A DNA stretch of 24,000 nucleotides from the NCBI GenBank assembly GCA_964573105.1, contig CAZNIS010000012.1:74095-98094 (forward strand). Reading direction: 5' to 3'. The notes under the pieces were generated by a model. It was not told the DNA's origin. It saw nothing but the letters and a program-made list of their open reading frames with translations, and ran no database searches. The position numbers and the translations under genes are program-made. Below are positions 16,834 to 24,000 of this stretch, piece after piece (position 1 is the stretch's first letter; every line of letters begins with the position of its first letter). The stretch is from an uncultured Granulosicoccaceae bacterium (GTDB taxonomy: Bacteria > Pseudomonadota > Gammaproteobacteria > Granulosicoccales > Granulosicoccaceae).

Positions 16834-17916
16834 TCAACGTGGAAGTTGCCACCACATCTGATTGTACAAATCGGCATAGCGCTGCCCCATGGTGCGCAGG
16901 GCGGTGGCCAGAAAGTGGGCGCCATCTTCGTGCGTAGGCAGCCCGGCGGCAGCGATACAGCCGGTCCACGGGTCCCCATCGTGGTTTAACGCCATCAGCT
17001 GCGCGTTCACCGCAAACTGCGACGTTTCACCGCAGATGAAGGGTCGGTCAGCCGAGAACCAGCTCTCTGCGCGAAAATTGGCAACCAGCGAATTCAACGC
17101 CTGCGCGTAGGCTTCACCACCATTTGCATCGGATTCACCCTGATGCCACAGAATGCCATCCAGCTGGTTTTTGGTCGGATGTTCAGCCAGCGCGGCACGC
17201 ACCTTTCGATCGACCGCGCGATAGAAATCGCCATCCCGCTGCCAGTGAGCAATCGGCTGCCCGGGCGCAGTTGCCAACACAAATCCAAACACTCTGTTAG
17301 TGCCAGCGGTCAGTTGAACCATTCGCTTGCCATAGTGCAACGCCAGATTGTTCGACGGCGGTTCACTGCCATCATTGCCCGGATGCCAGCCCAGATCCCA
17401 GATCTGGTGCAAGTCGGCAATCTGCCAGCCACGATCGGTATAGGCCAGTACTCTCGAATCCGGGGAATCAAGGCCCGCATCAAAGCTCGTCCCCGCACCC
17501 AGCGCATTCGACTGTCCGGTCAACAGCACCAGGTCGGTGATATCTTCAAGCTGATGTGGCCCATTGATCGGCGTTGACCAAACCACAGGCTCTGTCACTT
17601 CGGGCTCGGCAGGTGTCTCGATAGTGAACTCGTCCTGCTCCAGCGTTTCCGCCGGTGGTTCTGTCTGCGCCAGCGCTGCATCGGGTTCTGCGGCGGCCGG
17701 GTCATTGACGGGCTCGAAAGCATCGTCATCAACCTGAGGCAGACCGGTAGCGGCGGTTTCAGGTTCGCTTGCCGACGGCTGGGTGACAGAGGGCGTGTCC
17801 GCCGGTGGGGTGACAGGCTCAAGTGAGGCACTGCTGCTGCAGCCGGCGATCACAGCCGCCAGTGATACCGCCGCCAGCAGTCGACCCGATCTGGTCAATT
17901 CAAAGCCAACCCACAC
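16834..17916 (-). CDS. SGNH/SASA-type esterase lipoprotein, paralogue 4
   Basis: MWVGFELTRSGRLLAAVSLAAVIAGCSSS lipoprotein signal; LVLLTGQSNALGAGTSFD, DGILWHQGESDANGG, DGAHFLATALRTMG. GTG start at 17916 with GGGAGAG upstream. Confidence 0.88.
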   Translation of the reverse strand: MWVGFELTRSGRLLAAVSLAAVIAGCSSSASLEPVTPPADTPSVTQPSASEPETAATGLPQVDDDAFEPVNDPAAAEPDAALAQTEPPAETLEQDEFTIETPAEPEVTEPVVWSTPINGPHQLEDITDLVLLTGQSNALGAGTSFDAGLDSPDSRVLAYTDRGWQIADLHQIWDLGWHPGNDGSEPPSNNLALHYGKRMVQLTAGTNRVFGFVLATAPGQPIAHWQRDGDFYRAVDRKVRAALAEHPTKNQLDGILWHQGESDANGGEAYAQALNSLVANFRAESWFSADRPFICGETSQFAVNAQLMALNHDGDPWTGCIAAAGLPTHEDGAHFLATALRTMGQRYADLYNQMWWQLPR

Positions 17917-18002
17917 GTTTAGACTCTCCCGTCACAGCCGCAACGCGCGGCTCAAGAGTCTATGTATAGACCACCCTGCAGGCTTGGCTTGGCGGGTTTA
18001 CG

Positions 18003-19379
18003 TCAGCTCGCCAGCTGCCAGTGCGCGAAGGTTTGATCGATCGCTTTTGCTGCGATCGAAAACAGCTCATCGATCTCGGTTTTGCTGATGATCAGCGGCG
18101 GCGAGAGGATCATCGAGTCGCCAACCGCGCGCATTACAAGACCGTTGGATGAGGCAAAATCGCGGCACAACACACCGATGTCTCCCTCTTTCTCGAACGG
18201 CTGATTGGTGCCCTTGTTCGGCACCAGCTGAATCGCGCCCAGCATCCCGAGACCACGCACCTGACCCACAAACGGGTGCTCTGCCAGCTCTGCCAGCCGC
18301 TTTTGAAACCACGGTGCCGTCGAAGACTCAACGGTTTCGACGATCTTCTCGCGGCGCATCAGTTTTAGGTTAGCAATCGCTGCAGCGGCGCAGGCCGGAT
18401 GCCCCGAATAGGTGTAGCCGTGATTGAAGTCACCGCCCTGCTCCAGACCTTCGGCCACGTGATCGCTGACGACCACGCCGCCGATCGGCAAATAGCCGGA
18501 TGACAATCCCTTCGCCACTGCCATCAGATCGGGCTTGATGTCGAGCGTCTGACTGCCAAACCAGCGGCCTGTGCGGCCAAAGCCACAGATCACTTCATCG
18601 GCGACCAGCAAAATATTGTGCTCGCGACAGATGCGCTGAATCTCCGGCCAGTAGGTGTCCGGTGGCACAATCACACCGCCCGCGCCCTGAATCGGCTCGG
18701 CGATAAAGGCCGCCACCCGATCCGCCCCCAGTTGCGCGATGCGCTCCTCCAGCGCACGCGCGGCACGCAGGCCAAAGTCGGCTTCGTTCTCGTCGTAGCC
18801 GTTGGCAAACCAGTGCGGCTGCATGATGTGTTCGATATCGGGGATCGGCAGCCCGCCCTGCTTGTGCATCGGCTTCATGCCACCGAGACTCGCGCCGGCC
18901 ATGGTGCTGCCGTGGTAAGCGTTCTCGCGGCTGATGATGACTTTTTTATCCGGCTTGCCGACCGACGCCCAGTAGTGGCGCACCAGCCGCACCACGGTAT
19001 CGTTGGCCTCGGACCCGGAGCTGCAAAAAAACGTGCGATTAAGCCCGTCAGGTGTGAGCTCGGCCAGCAGCGCCGACAACTCGATCACCGGTGGATGGGA
19101 GGTCTGGAAAAAGGTGTTGTAGTAAGGCAGTTGCTCCATCTGCGCGTAGGCTGCATCGAGAATCTCGCGCTGCCCATAGCCTGCGTTCACGCACCACAAC
19201 CCGGCCATGCCATCGAGGTAGCGCACGCCGTCAGAATCGGTTAGATAAACCCCGGAGGCCTCTTTGATGACACGCGTGCCCTTTTTATTCAGCGCACGGG
19301 TATCGGTAAAGGGGTGCAAGTGATGGCTGGCATCCAGTGCTTGCAGTTTTTCGGTCGGCAGGTTGTGCAGACTACCCAT
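18003..19379 (-). CDS. Class III PLP-dependent aminotransferase (aspartate aminotransferase family / omega-transaminase-like)
   Basis: GVRYLDGMAGLWCVNAGYG, FFCSSGSEANDTVVRLVRHYW, AYHGSTMAGASLGG, EPIQGAGGVIVPP, LLVADEVICGFGRTGRWFG, MAVAKGLSSGYLPIGGVVVS. Confidence 0.93.
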   Translation of the reverse strand: MGSLHNLPTEKLQALDASHHLHPFTDTRALNKKGTRVIKEASGVYLTDSDGVRYLDGMAGLWCVNAGYGQREILDAAYAQMEQLPYYNTFFQTSHPPVIELSALLAELTPDGLNRTFFCSSGSEANDTVVRLVRHYWASVGKPDKKVIISRENAYHGSTMAGASLGGMKPMHKQGGLPIPDIEHIMQPHWFANGYDENEADFGLRAARALEERIAQLGADRVAAFIAEPIQGAGGVIVPPDTYWPEIQRICREHNILLVADEVICGFGRTGRWFGSQTLDIKPDLMAVAKGLSSGYLPIGGVVVSDHVAEGLEQGGDFNHGYTYSGHPACAAAAIANLKLMRREKIVETVESSTAPWFQKRLAELAEHPFVGQVRGLGMLGAIQLVPNKGTNQPFEKEGDIGVLCRDFASSNGLVMRAVGDSMILSPPLIISKTEIDELFSIAAKAIDQTFAHWQLAS

Positions 19380-19442
19380 AGGTGGCTCCGGTCAGATACA
19401 GCGGCAGAAATTAACGCGGCCATCAGCGGGACGCGCAGACCA

Positions 19443-20123
19443 CTAGTCTAATTTGAGCTCAACCGGTTCACCAGCCGGATCTGCACTCAGATCGACGCCC
19501 GCGATGCTAGCAAGCTCCAGCGCGATTTCATCTGAGAGCTGACCCACCGCGGTGCTGTAGGCTGCCACCATCGGTGAGTAACCCCGCCCGGTAACCGGGA
19601 TGCGGAATTCTGATATCTGAGTTTTCAGCAATTTGGCAGGGCGATCGCCGGTCAGGATCTGCCAGCGCACCTGCAAAAACACCTGCCGACGCAGCGCGCC
19701 CAGCATTTGAATCACATCGAGCCTGACCTGGTAGTCAATCTGATTGCGCAGCCACGGATAGGGATAGAGTTTGTCCAGTGACAGTTGCTCGGCGATGTTT
19801 GCCATCATCACGCGGGTAATGTTTTCCCGCAGCGGCTCGCTCCAGCGATGGTATTCGGCCACCAGCAACTGATTGTTGTCCATCGGTGTGACGATGTTCG
19901 GCCGGTTAACCGTCTCCGGGATTGTCACCGGCCCAAGCCCAAGCGCAATCTCTTTCAGGTTCGCGATCGGCTGATCACGCGTACTGCTGGAATCGGGAGT
20001 GATCACGTAATAATCAGGCAACGGCGTGTTGATGCAGCCGGCCAACATCCACGCCAGTGCAAGTGCCAGCCACACGCGCGCGCTCTGCCACGCAGCAATA
20101 CCGGTTGAAACTCTATTTGCCAA
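19443..20123 (-). CDS. pqiC: PqiC/YmbA-family outer-membrane lipoprotein (ABC transport auxiliary component)
   Basis: Lipoprotein signal LALAWMLAGCINTPLPDYYVI; LGLGPVTIPETVNRPNIV, HRWSEPLRENITRVMMANI; 11-nt overlap with pqiB. Confidence 0.88.
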   Translation of the reverse strand: MANRVSTGIAAWQSARVWLALALAWMLAGCINTPLPDYYVITPDSSSTRDQPIANLKEIALGLGPVTIPETVNRPNIVTPMDNNQLLVAEYHRWSEPLRENITRVMMANIAEQLSLDKLYPYPWLRNQIDYQVRLDVIQMLGALRRQVFLQVRWQILTGDRPAKLLKTQISEFRIPVTGRGYSPMVAAYSTAVGQLSDEIALELASIAGVDLSADPAGEPVELKLD

Positions 20124-21810
20124 AAAGGAATTCCTCGGGTTTTCGCTCCACCGATTCTGCCACCAGTTGCACAGCCTTGGCCGCAGCCTGAATATCCTTG
20201 AGCGTGTTCAATACGTTGTAATACAGAGGCGAATCCGGTGCGATACCGGCGACCGATTCGGTGCTGGTATCCAGCAGTCCTTCCAGCACACCGGCCACTT
20301 TGTCCAGTTGCTTGCGCGAATCACTGGCCAGTCGCCAGTACTCTTTGATCGTCGCATCGGTGGCGTACATCACACCATCCACATCGCCCGGCAGATCCTG
20401 TTCATTGAAGCCACCGAGCAGCGCATCGGCCTCGCCCAGCGCACTGACGGCAGTGGCGAGCAAATCCTCCAGTGGCAAGGCATTGAGCTTGGCCAGTGTC
20501 TCCTGCACACCCTCGGTAATCTGATCCAGATCCGACGGCACGCTCGGCAGTATATCCATGCCCTCAGCGGTTTTGGCCAGGTGTTTCGGGCCATTGTCGG
20601 CATACATATCGAGCGCTACATACAATTGCCCGGTCAGCAAATTGCCGGTCTGCAGCTTGGCGCGCAGCCCCTGCGTGATCGCCTGTTTGATCAGATCGCC
20701 TTCATCGACATCGTTATCCTGAAAGCCGCGCACGCGCTCAGGCTGCAGTTCAATGACCACCGGCACTCGAACGGTCTCGAGTATTTCATCGTAGGTGAGG
20801 CGAACTTCCGTCACGGTGCCAATCTGCACGCCGCGAAATTCCACCGGCGCACCGGCCGACAAGCCGCGCACCGAGCCATCGAAATAGACCGTGAATTCCG
20901 TGCGCTTGCCGGCATCGCGCAGAATCGCCTCGCGCGCGGTGGTCTGCGATTCGTACAGCGTAAATGTGTGCCCACTCTCGACAGGCTCCGGAAAGGCAAA
21001 CTCCTCGATCACATCAAACGCCACACCGCCTTGCGCCAGTGCCTCAAGCGATGGCGTGTTGACTCGAAAGCCATCACTGTTGACCGTAAAATCAAAACCG
21101 CTGATATACCAAAAGCGCGTGGTATTGCGAATGATCTCGTGATGTGGCGCATCGATGAACACATCGAATTCCACGCCCTGATAATCATCGAGAAAGCGCC
21201 GCGCCTCGATCTGGCCGACCTTGACCTCGCGATAGTAGACGGGCGATCCGACCGACACATAACCGGCCTGATCCGATCGCAACACTAACTGCATGCCCGG
21301 TGCGTTCTCCGGTGTCAGCGGCGGTTGCTCCAGGCCGACGAAGCGCTTTTGAAATTCCCCGCCGGTCACCGAGTTGACCTGAATATATGCACCGGATAAC
21401 AACGTGCCCAGACCCGAGACACCGCTGGTGCCGACCCGCGGCCGAACCACCCAGAATCGCGCCCGATTGTTCAGATAGCGCCGGGTATCGGGATCCATTT
21501 TGGCCTGCACAACCACCGTCTCCAGATCCTCACTCAGGCGGATATCCTCGACCACGCCGATATTCACGTCGCGATAGCGGATCGGCGTCTTGCCGGCCAC
21601 CAGCCCCTCGGCGTTATCGAAGATTATCGTCACCGTCGGTCCCTGGCCTCGATAAAGCGAGAAGGCCAGATAAAAACCCAGACAGATCGCAAGCAACGGC
21701 ACCGCCCAGACCAGCGATACGCGCTGAAAGCGACGGCGCGGCACCACCACCGGCTCGACTGGCGGTGGATCGTCGCTATCGGGATCCGGATTGGGAGGCA
21801 CTGAGCTCAT
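20113..21810 (-). CDS. pqiB: Intermembrane transport protein PqiB (three MCE/MlaD domains)
   Basis: N-terminal TM (VSLVWAVPLLAICLGFYLAFSLYRG), then three MCE-type segments: TVTIIFDNAEGLVAGKTPIRYRDVNIGVV, QLVLRSDQAGYVSVGSPVYYREVKVGQI and FTVYFDGSVRGLSAGAPVEFRGVQIGTV. Confidence 0.95.
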   Translation of the reverse strand: MSSVPPNPDPDSDDPPPVEPVVVPRRRFQRVSLVWAVPLLAICLGFYLAFSLYRGQGPTVTIIFDNAEGLVAGKTPIRYRDVNIGVVEDIRLSEDLETVVVQAKMDPDTRRYLNNRARFWVVRPRVGTSGVSGLGTLLSGAYIQVNSVTGGEFQKRFVGLEQPPLTPENAPGMQLVLRSDQAGYVSVGSPVYYREVKVGQIEARRFLDDYQGVEFDVFIDAPHHEIIRNTTRFWYISGFDFTVNSDGFRVNTPSLEALAQGGVAFDVIEEFAFPEPVESGHTFTLYESQTTAREAILRDAGKRTEFTVYFDGSVRGLSAGAPVEFRGVQIGTVTEVRLTYDEILETVRVPVVIELQPERVRGFQDNDVDEGDLIKQAITQGLRAKLQTGNLLTGQLYVALDMYADNGPKHLAKTAEGMDILPSVPSDLDQITEGVQETLAKLNALPLEDLLATAVSALGEADALLGGFNEQDLPGDVDGVMYATDATIKEYWRLASDSRKQLDKVAGVLEGLLDTSTESVAGIAPDSPLYYNVLNTLKDIQAAAKAVQLVAESVERKPEEFLFGK

Positions 21811-21830
21811 CTGAAAGACATATGCAATCG

Positions 21831-22436
21831 CTAATCCCAGATTAGACGAGGATCGAGCGAAAGCGCTGAAAGCATGGTAAATATTACCGTTGCCCCGAAC
21901 GCCATCACACCAATGCCCGGGTCAATCTGGGCGAACGAGCCGATCTGCACCAGCGCCGCCAGGATCGCCACCACAAACACATCGATCATCGACCAGCGGC
22001 CGATGAATTCCGTCACCCGAAACAGCCGGGCGCGGTCGAGTCTGCGCTCCTCTGATCCGCGCTGAATCGAGATCAGCAGCCAGGAGATGGCGAAAAATTT
22101 CAGCAATGGCACCACGATACTGGCGACAAACACCACCAGCGCCACCGGATAGGATTTCAGCTCCACCAGTACCAGGATGCCGCTCAAGATCGTGTTCGGC
22201 TCCGACACACCAAATACTGAGGTGTGCATAATCGGATAGAAATTGGCAGGAAAATAGGCGATCACCCCGGCGATCAGCCAGGCCCAGGATCGCTGCACAC
22301 TCAACGGTTTGCGCGAATGCAGCACCGACTGGCACAGCGAGCAGCGCGACACCGCGAACAGATTGTGGGTCTCCAACTCAGACAAATTCCCACAGGCTTC
22401 GCACGACACCAGGCCGCTCTCGCGCGCACTCTTCAT
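21831..22436 (-). CDS. pqiA: Paraquat-inducible protein A family membrane protein (second PqiA half)
   Basis: CEACGNLSELETHNLFAVSRCSLCQSVLHSRK zinc-ribbon, AYFPANFYPIMHTSVFG, IQRGSEERRLDRARLFRVTEFIGRWSMIDVFVVAILAAL. Confidence 0.92.
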   Translation of the reverse strand: MKSARESGLVSCEACGNLSELETHNLFAVSRCSLCQSVLHSRKPLSVQRSWAWLIAGVIAYFPANFYPIMHTSVFGVSEPNTILSGILVLVELKSYPVALVVFVASIVVPLLKFFAISWLLISIQRGSEERRLDRARLFRVTEFIGRWSMIDVFVVAILAALVQIGSFAQIDPGIGVMAFGATVIFTMLSALSLDPRLIWD

Positions 22437-23134
22437 TCGCGAGCACCGCGCGCCTGGCTGATGTTATCCCACAGCGTGTGGTTGTCAATCATCTGTGTGG
22501 CCGCCACTGACAGCAGATTCAGTATCGCAAACGCCCAGAACGATAGCCCCAGCTCAATGCTCGCCATGGTCGCCAGTTTCACCAGCGAGACGATGGTGCC
22601 GAGGAAATAGATCTCCATCATGCTCCACGGGGACATCCAGACAATCGCGCGAAACACGCGCTCGATGCCCTGCCAGTGCTGACCCAATCGCAGTGGCAGC
22701 AATATGTACAACAGGCCCGACATGCGCAGCAGCGGAATCGCCAGAATAAACGCCAGACACAGCGCCGCCAGCAGCCACATGCCCTCGGCCGACAGCGCAA
22801 ACACTGCCGATATCACCGAAATACTCTGATGATTTCCCGACACGCTGATGGTCAGAAACGGAAACGCATTGGCGATGATAAACATCACCAGCGCCGCCAC
22901 CGTAAACGCCAGCGATCGATCGATACTGTTTTCCTTGTGCGCGTAGAGCCATGCCTCACAGCGCGCACACCGCGCGCGCTCACCCGGTTGCAACACCGTT
23001 TTTCGATGCAGCAGATCGCACTGGTGGCAAGCCACCAGATCCGGCGCTACAGACATCGACTTAACAGGATCTTCGGAAACGTGTGTTGTCATCACAGAGG
23101 GGTAGTTCCGACCCGGATTGGTTGTCTGATCCAC
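22433..23134 (-). CDS. pqiA: Paraquat-inducible protein A family membrane protein (first PqiA half)
   Basis: CHQCDLLHRKTVLQPGERARCARCEAWLY zinc-ribbon, FIIANAFPFLTISVSG, VFRAIVWMSPWSMMEIYFLGTIVSLVKLA; 4-nt overlap with the next gene. Confidence 0.92.
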   Translation of the reverse strand: MDQTTNPGRNYPSVMTTHVSEDPVKSMSVAPDLVACHQCDLLHRKTVLQPGERARCARCEAWLYAHKENSIDRSLAFTVAALVMFIIANAFPFLTISVSGNHQSISVISAVFALSAEGMWLLAALCLAFILAIPLLRMSGLLYILLPLRLGQHWQGIERVFRAIVWMSPWSMMEIYFLGTIVSLVKLATMASIELGLSFWAFAILNLLSVAATQMIDNHTLWDNISQARGARE

Positions 23135-23297
23135 AAAAAGACGATCAATTCAGCAATCCCGGATCGGTGCAAAGGGTGTTAGCGCTATCAAAAATGCGGC
23201 CAATTGTGGGCAAAATCAAAAATCAGCATACGTTTGGTGGCGATCACACTGCTTAGGGGCCAAGTGACCACCCAAAGTTCCGCCGCTTTCGAGCTGG

Positions 23298-24000
23298 TCA
23301 GTGACCCAGATACAAATGATCCTGACCCTCGATGCGCGTCTCGCCATCGTGCATATAAAGATTGACCGGTGGCTCGCCTGACAGCGCGCCAAGTGCCTCG
23401 ACTAAGGCTTTCGCATGGGTGACCACCATGATCTGCGACGCTTGCGATGCCCGATGGATCAATCGCGCAAGCGCGGGCAACAGATCCGGGTGCAGACTGG
23501 TTTCAGGCTCATTCAGTGCTAAAAACGCTGGCGGTCGCGGACTCAGCAACGCTGCAATCAAGCACAAATAGCGCAACGTGCCGTCTGACAGTTCCGCCGC
23601 CATGAACGGCCGATTGATCCCGTCTTTGCGCAAGCCAAAGGCAAATAGCCCTCCGCCCGCCTCGACAATCAAACGGCTGTCAGCAAAGGCATCGGTCACC
23701 GATTCATACAGCCCCTGCTCATCGCCAATCTCGATAATCGTCTGCAGCGCCGCCGCGAGATCCGAACCATCATCAGACAAAACCGGCGTGCGCACCCCGA
23801 CCTGCTGGCGACGCTGGGCGGCGCGCGTCTCGGTAGAAAACGTATGATAGAAACGCCAGCCCAGCAACGTCTGGCGAAGCGCGGATGCCTCCGGGTACAG
23901 ATGTGGCTCCTGCAACTGCGCAAGGACCGATTCCGACCCCAGCAGCACCGCTGGATAAGTCACCGTATCGCCATTCATGTCATGTAGCCAGGCGCTACCC
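23298..24000 (-). CDS. AAA-family ATPase (AAA_21-like/SMC-like), C-terminal part; truncated by the window edge
   Basis: ELSDGTLRYLCLIAALLSPRPPAFLALNEPETSLHPDLLPALARLI (ABC signature plus Walker B) and IMVVTHAKALVEAL. No Walker A is present in the visible part, so the N-terminus must lie beyond 24000. Confidence 0.85.
   Translation of the reverse strand, partial: GSAWLHDMNGDTVTYPAVLLGSESVLAQLQEPHLYPEASALRQTLLGWRFYHTFSTETRAAQRRQQVGVRTPVLSDDGSDLAAALQTIIEIGDEQGLYESVTDAFADSRLIVEAGGGLFAFGLRKDGINRPFMAAELSDGTLRYLCLIAALLSPRPPAFLALNEPETSLHPDLLPALARLIHRASQASQIMVVTHAKALVEALGALSGEPPVNLYMHDGETRIEGQDHLYLGH

Noticed and set aside
4274-17916. Idea that surface acetylesterases feed acetate to the AckA-PduL fusion as one system
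   Set aside because: Biochemically attractive, but the genes are several kilobases apart with unrelated genes and opposite-strand units between them. There is no sequence evidence of co-regulation.
20026-21288. 420-aa plus-strand ORF
   Set aside because: Antisense to well-supported pqiB/pqiC. Long antisense open frames are expected in high-GC DNA, and its composition (His/Arg/Gln-rich, no recognisable motif) looks like a shadow ORF.
1-24000. CRISPR, prophage, transposon, integron or toxin-antitoxin signatures
   Set aside because: No regular direct-repeat/spacer array, transposase or integrase ORF, terminal inverted repeats or recognised toxin motifs were seen.

Overview
This 24 kb, high-GC window looks like ordinary chromosomal DNA, probably from a gammaproteobacterium (inferred from protein sequence character only). 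Coding density is high and I see no CRISPR array, tRNA/rRNA, transposase, integrase or recognisable defence island. Left to right it contains: a 1277-aa membrane-anchored coiled-coil protein; an unannotated 49-aa single-TM ORF; an apparent AckA-PduL fusion; a secreted beta-propeller lipoprotein; a DUF6502-family protein overlapping a lipoprotein gene; a DUF1223 protein; a short AMP nucleosidase; four tandem paralogous GQSN/SASA-type SGNH esterases, one carrying five Cys-bounded DPDGDGxGW repeats; a class III aminotransferase; a pqiA-pqiA-pqiB-pqiC operon; and the C-terminal part of an AAA ATPase cut by the window edge. The most interesting items are the four-gene esterase cluster with its diversified N-termini, the AckA-PduL fusion, a pair of identically spaced TGGG-N8-CCCA dyads in the divergent intergenic region at 8522-8730, and the giant coiled-coil protein with its neighbouring hairpin and micro-ORF. 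Nothing here proves a new biological system. No database searches were run; family names come from motif recognition.
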